Position numbers and translations under genes: made by a program
Source of the DNA: Lama guanicoe
Lineage: Eukaryota
Length of the DNA stretch: 64,000 bases
Assembly (NCBI GenBank): GCA_013239625.1
Contig: MU053629.1
Coordinates: 1,577,567-1,641,566, forward strand
Reading direction: 5' to 3'
Notes under the pieces: model-generated
What the model was told of the DNA's origin: nothing
Database searches by the model: none
Seen by the model: the letters and a program-made list of their open reading frames with translations, nothing else
In this document: positions 27,130 through 37,796 of the stretch, in pieces
Layout of the letters: every line of letters starts with the position of its first letter
How positions within the stretch are numbered: the stretch's first letter is position 1

Positions 27130-28160
27130 TTACTATGTGCCAGACTCTTCTAGGCACTGAAATGAACAGGACATATACAGTTCCTGCTCTCATGGAGTTT
27201 ACATTCTAGTGAGGAAGACAAGTAATAAACAAGTAGAGAAGTCATTAAATTTCAGAAAGTATACTATAAAAAATAAAGCAAGAGAGACAAGGAGAGTAGG
27301 GGCAAGGTGATCTCTACTTTCTATAGTGTGATCATTGACAATCTCTCTAAAGGAGTAGACTCTGAGAACCCCTTTGTAAGCAGACACCTGAATGATGTGA
27401 AGGAGCAAGCAGTGCGAAAACCTGAGGGAAGAGCAGAGCAAGAACAGTTATCAAGCCCTGGGAATGCACCTGGGATTATCAAAGAATATAGGAAAGTTCA
27501 GTGTAGCAGAGTGGAGTGAACAGAGGAGGTAGGCAGGGACGCACCACATGGTGGAGGACCTTTCAGGCCATGGCTAGGAATCTGGCTATTATTTTCATTG
27601 TAAAAGGAAGTCACTGAACATATTAAACAGAGGAGTAGCCTATCTGATTAACAGTTAGAAAGATAATTCTAACTATGAAATGAAGAAAAGACTGTAGGAG
27701 GTCAAGTGAGAAAGCAGGGAAAACAATTAAGAGACTACTGTAATTATCTAACCAGGAAATGATGGTGGTTTAGACCAGAAAAAGAAGGTAGAGATAACGA
27801 TATCTGATCAGATTAGAAATATATTCAAAAGATGGAGCCAAGAAGATTTGCTGATAGGCTGGTTTTAGGATACAAAGAAAAGAGAAGAATCACAGTTGAC
27901 ACCTAGGCTTTTGGTCTGAGTGACTAGTTAAATGGTCCTGCCATTTTTGCTAAGAGCACATTCGGAGGAAATGGTGAGGATAAGACTCACAACTTCTATG
28001 TTGTGCAAATGTACCTTGAGATGCCTTTTACAGAGCCAAGTGAGATGTGGAATAAACAGATGAACTATGACACTACCTCAGGGAAGGGGTCTGAGCTGAA
28101 GATATAAATACAGAAGTCAATCAACATATAGATAGTTTTTAAAGCCACCAAAATGGATAC
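27130..28160 (-). mobile_element. L2 fragment
   Basis: TACTATGTGCCAG, CCTGCTCTCATGGAGTTTACATTCTAG, GATTTGCTGATAG motifs. Confidence 0.75.
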
Positions 28161-30571
28161 ACATAGATAGGAAAAACTTTTTTGTTTAATCCTCACCTGA
28201 GTCCTGTGAGGTAACAACTATTATTATTTCCATTTTATACATTAGGAAACATGCTAAGAGATTAAAACTTATCCAACATCATTCTGCTAATAAGTGGTAG
28301 TAAGTTAGAAAACAAACAAAACAGAGCTAATTAACTATAATGACCATGACCTTTCTCAACTGGGTTTCTTTCATCATCTGAATCATAGAACCTGAAGTGA
28401 ACACTGGAGTGAATCTTTTCTCAGTTCTCCCAAGGACAGCACATAACCACTGCCATTCTAGATGCACTGGAGAGAAGTTAATTCTTCACTTACAATTAAT
28501 GCTCAAATGTCCTAGAACATTAGGGTTTAGTCCTCTCATAAAATCCCAGTTGAGGAAAAACCTATACTATACAACTATTATCCTATTATTATTATTCCAT
28601 TACAACTACTACTACTATTAGTAGTACGAATCATTTAAAATAAGAGGAAAAAAGACTGGTGAACAACCAAGCTACCATCCTGTGACTTTTCACGGCCTTC
28701 TCTTTGTAACTAGTAAAATCAAGTGTTATTTGAGGTTGTTATAGCACCAAAGGTGACAAGACTACACTAGACCTTATTGGTTCCACTTACAATAAGCACT
28801 CAGGATGTTTTCCTGAGAACATCAGTTCATCAGAAAACCACTAGAATGTAAGCTCCTCCAAGACAAGAATCTTTTTTTTTTTTCTCATTAAAGTGTTCCA
28901 GGCACCTGGAACGATGTCTTTTTGGGGAAAAGAACCTAAATTTCCAGTCTCGTAGAACTTGTCACCTTGTAAAGTGTGGGTGCTTTTCATGTTGTCTTAA
29001 TTTCTTAGCACCACTAAAATCTGATGGGATTCTTCTAATCTAGAACTTTAAACTCGTCTTCCTTAAGATTGGCCTTGTTTCTTATGAAAATATAACAGGT
29101 TCCAGATACAGTCATTACTGGTCAAATAACTACCATACTATGGTGTCAATATACTGCATGTACTGTTCAAAATAACTAGCACACAACATGAACCAAAAAC
29201 TACTATCTCATACATACTCTAGAGGGAAAAAATATTCTCCTTACAATTTCAGTTATCCTTTGTTAAACTCCACAAGTATTTCAGAGCACAGATACAACGA
29301 ATCAATGCAGCAACTTCATTAAATGCAGAAAGTTTCAAATGAGCGATCCTGGCTAGACCAGAAATGGCATTCTAGTTTATTTCACCTGCACATAATAACC
29401 TCTATGTATCAGTGCAATATTACTGGACAATATATTTCACTTTCAAGCTATAATAACCTGCCAATGGTAGGCATTAAGGCCTTTCCACAATCGGTTCAGG
29501 TCATTGAAATGACTGTAGGATATTTTTAAAAATCAGTCTTCTCTGGCCAAAAAATAAAAATAAAAAGCACAACAACTCATTCTTTTGGTGAGGCTGTGAT
29601 GAAAACAGGTGATCTCACACATTACTAGTGGGAACGCAAAGTAGTACAACACTTCTGGAGGAAAATGTGGCAGTACCTAATAAAACTACGTATGCACATA
29701 ACCTTTGACTCAGCAATCCCACTTATAGGAATCTAACATGAAGATACACCTCTTACAGTATAAAAATGAATATACATAGGTCATTTACTGCAACATTGTT
29801 TATAACTGCTAAATACAGAAAACCACCTAAATGTCCATACATAGAAGAATAGTTAAATAACTTAGGATACATATATACAGTAGAATATTATACAGCTGTT
29901 AAAATGGAAAATATCAGAAGATGATATCTTCAAAAGAATGCACTGATTTGGAATGATTTCCAAGAGTTACTACTACATGAAAAAATAAAGTGCAAAAGAA
30001 TATCTATAACATGCCACTCTTCATATAAGAAAGAAGGGAAGGAGAAAACAGTTTGGCAGTTCTTAAAACAGTTATCATATGACCCAGTAATTCCACTCCT
30101 AGGTATATACCCAAGGGAACTGAAAACATATGCCCACATAAAAATTTGTATATTAATGTACATAGCAGTATTGTTCATAATAGCCAAAAAATGGAAAACC
30201 AAATGTCTATTCATTGATGCATGGATGAACAAAATACAGTATATTCGTACAATGGAATATCATTCAGCCATAAAAAGGAATGAAGTATTAATACATCCTA
30301 CAGCACAGATGAACCTTGAAAACATTATGTTAAGTGAAAGAAGCCAGGCACAAAAGTCCACATATTTTATGATTCCATTTATACGAAATGGCCAGAATAG
30401 ACAAATTCATAGAAACAGAAAATCGATCAGTGGTTACTAGTGACTGGGGAAGTGGGACTAGGAAGTGACTGCTAATGGATACAAGATTTCTTTTCCGGAT
30501 AATGAAAATGTTCGAAAATTAGGTAGTGGTGATGGCTGCACAACCTTACAAATAAACTAAAAAATGATTTA

Positions 30572-30726
30572 GGGGGAGGGTATAGCTCAGCAGTAGAGTG
30601 AGTGCTTAGAATGAACAAGGTCCTGGGTTCAATCCCCAGTACTTCCACTAAAAAATAAAATAAATAAAATAATTAATTTAAAAATACATAAAGAAACCTA
30701 ATTACCTCCCCCACCAAAAAAAGAAC
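30572..30726 (+). mobile_element. tRNA-derived SINE
   Basis: GGGGGAGGGTATAGCTCAG..GGGTTCAATCCCCAG..CCTAATTACCTCCCC, A-tail; flanking AATGATTTA direct repeat. Confidence 0.9.
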
Positions 30727-31095
30727 AATGATTTATACACTTCAAAAGGGTGAGCTTTGTGGTATGTGAATTCTATCTCAATAAACAAAAGGTGTATAGG
30801 ACAAAAAAAGGAATATTAAAAAAAAAATACATAAAAAGCACACATAATCTATTCATTTGTGCAAAAAAGATAATGGAAGGATAAACCAGAAACTAAAGAA
30901 GCTGGTTACCTGGGCATGGAAAACAAGTGGGGAAGGGGAGGAGGAAGGGTAATGGGAATGGGGCAGGAGGAATAAGGAGTATTCGTCTCTGAGTGTATCT
31001 TTTAATGGAATGTTTAATAATAGTAATGTTTCATATACCAAAATAAAATCAGCCAGAACTGGGGAAACCCAAAACATTATAAAGAGTAAGAAAAG

Positions 31096-31219
31096 GCAAG
31101 GAAAGGTTTAGCTCAGTGATAGAATACATGCTTGGCATGCCGGAGGTCCTGGGTTCAATCCTCAGTACCTCCATTAAACAAACAAATAAACCTAATTACC
31201 TACACCCCCCCCAAAAAAA
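31096..31219 (+). mobile_element. tRNA-derived SINE
   Basis: TAGCTCAGTG..GGGTTCAATCC; 15-bp TSD AAAGAGTAAGAAAAG (31081-31095, 31220-31234). Confidence 0.9.
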
Positions 31220-33989
31220 AAAGAGTAAGAAAAGAACCTAACTAAATTACAGATGAATAATACAACCACACTAAAGGAAGTGAGGAAGAAAAACTAACTT
31301 TGAAAAGCAGTATGTTGACTAGATACTATAAGGCTAAAGAAAATAAGAAAAAAACTGTATACAAATACTACACTTTAATTGGTAAATATGTTTTTCGTAA
31401 GACTTAGCAACTGGGGACTACTTGATGTGCATTCTAAAATGAAATAGTATACTATGGATAATGAATGAGAGCCAAGTTTCTCACTGTCAGGAAAAAATAA
31501 GTTACAAATAAGAAAAGTTGAAATGAAGCTTGTGGTGCTGGACTGGAATAGAAGACATCAATATGAATTTAAATACGGTTTTTAATATAGACAGACAAAT
31601 ACAGAGATGTGTATATGGGTATGTGAGTGTGTTCGCTTGCATGCTCTGTCCTGTGAGGGCCAGGAGCAATGACACCCCAGTGAGCACATCTAGCATCCAG
31701 ATCTTGACTTAAATTCTATTCTCCAGTAAAAGGAACCAAATCTTCTTAAAGAACTGGTTGATTCCAGGACAGGTACAAGGAAAAATACAAGTTGCGCATG
31801 GAATATAGCCTGCGATGCCAGAATACAAAGAAGTACTCCAAAAAGGGTGGAGGCCAAACTGAAAGGGCTGCTAATGGCAAAAACTGGAAGAATCTGAGCA
31901 ACAAAATAATGATAGTATTTGATTATAATCTGTAGAATAAAATAAATACCTATCAAATCAGACTTATAAATAATTTAAGAAATAAATGACAAAGGGACAT
32001 CTCTTTCTTACAGAAGAATTCCAATAATAAATGTAAAAGGAATGAGGGAAATACAAAATCACCAGTAGGCAAACACCATAGTAATAACTGTTGCAGACAA
32101 GATCCACCAACAGTTGCTAAAATCAGTGGGAGAAAGTTTGAGAAGAAACAGTATATCTGCATTGTCTCAAAGTATCTCTCAATTACAAAAAGAAGAATAG
32201 TAACTTTATAGTGGAGAATACAGCAGAGTTTACCTTAATAATGCAATCAAGGTTGAAATATCACTAGCAATGAGACATATCAACACCATGTACATCATTT
32301 TGTAGTTTCATTGCAAGTATATATAACTTCGATCTAATCATGAGAAAAACATGAGACAAACACAAAATGGGAAAAATTATACAAAATAACTAGTACTCAT
32401 CAAAAGTGTCAAGGTCATCAACGATAAGGAAAAACTGAGGTACTGTCACAGACTGGAGAAGGTGAGACTAGGAAGATAAGACAACTAAATGCAATGTGGG
32501 ATCCTGGATTAGATTCTGGAATAGAAAAAAAAATACACTGGAGAAGAACTAATGATATTCCAATAAAGTCTGTAGTTTAGTTAATAATATTTTACCAATG
32601 AGAATTTCCTGGTTCTGATCATTGTACTATAGATGTGTAAGCCGTCAACATAGAGGATGCTATGTGAAGGGTACATAGGAACTCTCTGCACTATCTTAGC
32701 AACACTGCTGTAAGTCTAACATTATTTCAAAATAAGGTTAAAAATAAATAAAATCCATCAATTGATCATTTTATGCAACTGTCATATTTCCTTGCTCAGG
32801 GATCTCATTTGGAGTTTGATATTCCCATCAATTTAAAGAGCCCAGTAAGTGAGAGCAGAACAAACTAAAATCATAAAAGCCAGATCTGGCATCTAAAAAG
32901 TAAATTGTCTATGTTTTTTATACTTTATACATCTTTCAGTTGAAAAAAAATTTGCTGGCTGTTGTGACTTTACAATCTTCGCAAATTTTAGAGGACCAAT
33001 TTTTTTATATTTTCAATACAGTGAAAATCTGTGGCATGTGTCCGTAACAACACATTTCATCTGTTAAGCTGAAGTTTTATGTCCATAAAAAATTATCAAT
33101 AAATTGTAGTAAGTTTGTTATTTATTATTACACAGTTGTCCAACCATAAAATTCAAGGTTTTTTCACAAGTCACTTTGCTTTTATTGTAATACAAACTTC
33201 TCTCCACACCCCAAACCACAAAGTCATCATTCTAGTATTTTAAGTTCTAAAGATCTGAATTTAAAAAAATCAGCTGTTCAATGTATCCAGTCCTGTGGAG
33301 TAATTTAGTCTTTAGGGGGTGGGAATGCTTGGTACATTAGAAATGTATTATATTTATCATCTGTATTCTCTGCTAACCAACCCTGCCTAACCAACAAGTC
33401 TTTCAAAATTCCTTTAATCAAGTGGGATTTTCAGATGTTTATATTAATAAACAGATTAAGAGACACATTTACATTTGCTTTCTCCTCCATGCACCACCAG
33501 GATGCCTGCACTGGGAGTGGAATACATGACCAGCAAATGAATGGGTAAGTGTCACATGCAAACAGCATGACTAGAAATTTAAGAAGCAAAGTGATAAGAA
33601 CCTTAGGGAAAGCAAAATTCATAAAAGTTTAGAATTACGAGAGGCCTTAATAGGCCATTTGATCCATTCCAATGACAACCTCAGACAGATGACAATCTAT
33701 CCTATTTTTAAAAGCCTCCACATTTCCAGCCTCCCCAGGTGTCTCATTCTGCCATCTAATCCTGTCATGTGATTTGGGAGAAATATTACAAGACTATTTT
33801 TTGCCCTACCTAATGCTTTCTTTTCTCAAATAATATAACAATACATTTCAACTCACTTCCAAGATTTATGAATGTGTAATAGATGCTTACTACACATGCA
33901 TATATATATATGTACATATATGCATACAGGCACCTAGGACACTCAATTTTACTTGTATAAACACACAGTATAGAAATGTACATAATCAT

Positions 33990-34119
33990 GGGGGTGGGTA
34001 TAGTTCAAGTGGTAGAGTGCATGCTTTGCTGGGTTCAATCTCCAGTACCTCCATTAAAAAAATAATTAGACAGACCTAATTACCTCCCCACTCCCCCACC
34101 CTCAAGCCAAAAACAGAAA
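33990..34119 (+). mobile_element. tRNA-derived SINE with short internal deletion
   Basis: A/B boxes; TSD AGAAA(TG/CC)TACATAATCA (33972-33988, 34120-34136). Confidence 0.85.
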
Positions 34120-34169
34120 AGAAACCTACATAATCAAAGGCACATCCTATCTCAATCAGAAAGCACTAT

Positions 34170-34278
34170 GAATGTTCATGTATGACTGAAGCATTGTGCC
34201 GTACGCCAGAAACTGACACACTGTAAACTGACTATATACTTCAATAAAAATATACATATACAAAATATTTTTAAATAA
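34170..34278 (+). mobile_element. Extremely truncated L1 (3' ~110 bp)
   Basis: Matches the L1 3' end at 12660-12750; perfect TSD AGAAAGCACTAT (34158-34169, 34279-34290). Confidence 0.9.
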
Positions 34279-35189
34279 AGAAAGCACTATAAAATAATGT
34301 CACATGATTTTAGTCTAAAAATAACTAACGGAAATCAATGTTACAAAACCTTGAGATAAACAGGTTTCTTCCCACCATGAATAATCATAGTTTATTTGCT
34401 TTCCACAAACACTACTTCTTTTCAGTACCCACCAGAGGCAGAATTGTAAAAATACATATGTACTATATCCAAGAAGATTATAATTTTTAATGTTATATTT
34501 TTAAAAACCATTTAGCTAACAATCCTTTTGGAAGAGGTCCCAATGAAAGAAACAGTGATGACAGTCTACGGCCAGTGATAATGAACAAGTAACCAATTTT
34601 AATCAAGCAGGCCAAAGTGACTCAAATAAAACAAATCATTTTGCAAGTCTCAATCAAGGATGAGCCAAATACTATTTGAAAATATTAAATGTCTGTTAGG
34701 AATTACACCAAAATGTTAACCATGAAATGCTACCTCTGGAAATGGAATTACAAGGATAGATTTGTTCAAATTTGGTATTCCTATTATTCTGAGTAGCCAT
34801 ATTTTATACAGTATTAAAGACATTATTTTTAAACTGAGGCAAATTCTGACCCTGTGTTTCATAGCTCTCGAGGATACACATCATGTCTTTTACATAACCT
34901 CCTGGGAGAGATGGTACCAGCTCCGGTCCTCCTCGTGTCTCCAAGGAACCTGCCACCCATCACAAAAAAAGGTTTCACCATGTTCCTCGGGACAGCTCCT
35001 GTCATCATCCTCCTCATCTCACCCCAGAGACTAAACAATGCAGCTCGTCTCCCCTCCTGGTAGCAGAAGCTTTAAAAATTGTCATTTTATAAAGGCTGAA
35101 GATTTGGAGAAAGGTTTACCAGATGATGAGCTGCCCCCACCCAAAAGCAGAGGAAAGAGGAAAGACAAGCCGTCCCAACCTCCATCCCT

Positions 35190-36290
35190 CAAAAGGCGGC
35201 TGGGGACGGGGGCACCGAGGTCGCGACTCTCCTCAGATCCTGAACCAGTCGGACGGCCACCCCACCCCCCAGTCCGGGCCCTGGCCGGCGGCGGGGCTCT
35301 CGTTAGCGGATAAAGGGGTGGGGGAGAAGGTCACAGACGCGACCCCCTAGGGTCGAGGGACAGGTACAGCAAGCCGCTGGAGGGGCGGGTCCATTCGCCC
35401 TCTCGGGCGAGCGGCACCGCTTCTACCGCGGCTCCTCCGTACGCGCCCAGGCGGCGAGAGGCCTCTGGGGCCAGAGAGCCGCACGGCGCCGGGAGGATTT
35501 CCTCAGGCCTCGCCTGCCGCCCACCCGGGACCCCGGCGGCCCCGCTCCGAGGCAGCCCCGGAACGGCCACGGCCGGCCTTGCCCGGCCGGCGGGGCGCAC
35601 GCACAGTCGGCCAGGAGGGCAGAAGAGGAGGCGTTACCATACGCGGCTCCAGAGCTGGCGGGGGTGGGGCGCGGCTCCAGCGACCCGAACCCGGCTCGGC
35701 AGCGGCTGCGGTGGCCGCGTCCTTTATTTTTGCTGCAGCAGCGGCGACTTGTCAAAGGAAAAGACGTAAGAGGCGGCGGCAGCCGCGGCAGGCGAGTCTC
35801 GCGGGATTTGGGTGGAACTCTCGCGCAGTCTGAAGTCCTCGCCCCGCCCCCCCAGGCGCTGCGCGGGAGGCCTGTGGGGCTGGGGGAGGAGCACTGGGTT
35901 GAGGTTGCCGGAGGACAGGAAAAGGGACGGGGATTTATTGAAGGGGGTGGGGAGCCTAATTTCTAGAGACACCCCGCCACTGCACAGCGCTCGCATTCCA
36001 GCCCTCGCCGAGTCCGAACAGCCCCATCCGTCCACGGGGATCGGACTCCGTCTGAGGCACAATTGAGGGCATTTCACAAAGGGCTGTGAGGAGTCGGGGG
36101 CTGGGCAGCGCGCCCCGTTTCCCTCGTGGTGGGCGTGGAAGACCCCACCGCCCGGCGTCCTGGTGCCGCGCGACGAAGCGACGCACGGAGAAGCTGGCTG
36201 CAGGGGCCAGGCGGCCACACCTCTTTATCTCGGACGCGCGCCACGCGCTCTGCGCTCTTTATCGTCCGCAACACCCGGCCCTGGACTTCT
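35190..36290. promoter_or_regulatory. CpG island / housekeeping-type promoter
   Basis: Very high GC and CpG density versus flanks; GC boxes (GGGGCGG, CCCCGCCC); TCTCGCGGGA at 35797-35806, one mismatch from TCTCGCGAGA. Confidence 0.92.
35643..35770 (-). other. HERC1: Probable first (5' UTR) exon of a large minus-strand gene, tentatively HERC1
   Basis: Minus strand ..GTCTTTTCCTTTGACAAGTCGCCGCTGCTGCAGCAAAAATAAAGGACGCG..GGAGCCGC followed by donor-like GTATGG/GTAACG; no coding exon seen in the 35 kb downstream; gene identity rests on my recollection of the HERC1 5' UTR and long intron 1, not a search. Confidence 0.45.
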
Positions 36291-36459
36291 GGCAGGTCAA
36301 GTTGATCACATGAAACCGTTTCACTAGACTGACTTCTGTCTTATTCACGTATTTGCCCTGCAGGACTGCCAAAACCCTGCATATGCTGGGGCCTGCAACT
36401 CCTCTTCAGCTGAGGAACACGGAGGTAAGTCGTCCTTTGGATGACTTACATCCTTGGTC

Positions 36460-37100
36460 TTGACCTCGACCTCTACAATGAAGTCCCGTGAGTGCAGGAA
36501 CCCTAACTGGCTTAGTCATCATGGTATTCCCAGCACCTAACACCGGTCCAGGTGCTCTTTAAATTGTTGAAGGAATACACCTGTCCCCGTCTTCCTTCTG
36601 TGCCTGTTCTTACTCCTAAAATCCGCAATTCTAGCCAACTTCCTGCTGTCCTTCATTGAAAATATTGTAAGGAGTACCGATAATGTGTAATTGACTGAGG
36701 TCATGGAGCCCTCCAGAAGTTCACAGTCTAATTGAGGACATATGAGGAATACACAACATACAAGCCATGTATATACCACTAATGTAAAGAATTATGGTAT
36801 AGGTAAATGAAGGAGTGCTTGCCCCATGGATGTATGTGGAGTTAAACCTGATATATGAGAGGCAGTTTAGCCCAGGAGTTATGTGACTCATTGTCAAATA
36901 ATTTGTTTCACTGTCTGGCATAGGTGAGAATTCTGGAATCACGCTTACCAAGTGTATGACTTTGGACAAGGAGCTTGACCTCTCTGAACCTCAGGTCCTT
37001 ATCTGTCAACTTAAAATGTCAGGTCCTGTTATCACAGGGTTCCTGTGAGGAGTGAAATATATGTAAAGCTCCTAGCACATATTAATTACTCATTAAATGC
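36460..37100. mobile_element. L2 and MIR fragments
   Basis: CCCAGCACCTAACAC..GTTGAAGGAAT; TGACTTTGGACAAG..CTCTCTGAACCTCAG. Confidence 0.6.
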
Positions 37101-37724
37101 TAGGCCTCAATATGTGTGTAACTTTCAAGTTTCTCCGTGTAAAATGTGTGTCTATGTCTGGTAAACTAGATGTGAGGGACTGGGTATAAATGGAGTGATG
37201 TCATTGTTGCTAGAGCTTTATGATCTGGGTATTGTGTGTGACGCTGAAACAAGGTTAACAAGCATCCTCGTCATTCTCATTTTAACTTACTGATGATGTA
37301 GGCATCTCGGCCACTCAGAGCACCCCATGACTTTCCATTTTTCTTGGATTTGTAAAAATATACTACTTTTGCCTGTTCTCTTTCAAGAAAAGAGCTTTGC
37401 TTATTTTAAAGGCCAACTGAGAGGTTCCCTCCTTTGCCCTCTCCTTAGCTTCACCCTCAGGGCAGTATGGACATAAGAATTGAATACAATTGAGTCCCAT
37501 TGCATACAATTATCAAATATAGTTAATGTCACCAAGTAAGCCCTAAATACTTTCTACCCTCACCTTGACCATTCCATCCCTTCCCTGAATACTTAATCTT
37601 TAATACTTAAATCAACGTCTGCTGGAGTCACCATCGTTCACCAAACTCTACCAGTTCATTTTATACAGATTTCCCTGGAGAAAAATGTTGGAGATGGGAG
37701 AGGGGAGGGGGGAGGAAGGGCAAT

Positions 37725-37796
37725 CTCAAAGTCGAGACCTCAGCATTGTACACCCTTGCCCTCAAGGTCAAGACCTCAGCATTGTAAACCCTTGCC
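37725..37796. repeat. 36-bp tandem duplication (2 copies, 3 mismatches)
   Basis: CTCAAAGTCGAGACCTCAGCATTGTACACCCTTGCC / CTCAAGGTCAAGACCTCAGCATTGTAAACCCTTGCC. Confidence 0.95.

Larger units (their letters stand above)
29560..32755 (+). mobile_element. Cluster of nested old L1M 3' regions (with two SINE insertions)
   Basis: L1 ORF2-end peptide in ORF 30156..30440 (MEYHSAIKRNE..LSERSQ) and long L1M-type 3' UTR motifs. Confidence 0.8.

Noticed and set aside
30572..30650. tRNA genes (here and at the other SINE heads)
   Set aside because: A/B boxes are followed by the shared SINE body, A-tail and TSDs; these are SINEs
35038..36313. Many overlapping Arg/Gly/Pro/Ala-rich ORFs
   Set aside because: Expected in GC-rich CpG islands with few stop codons; no recognisable protein
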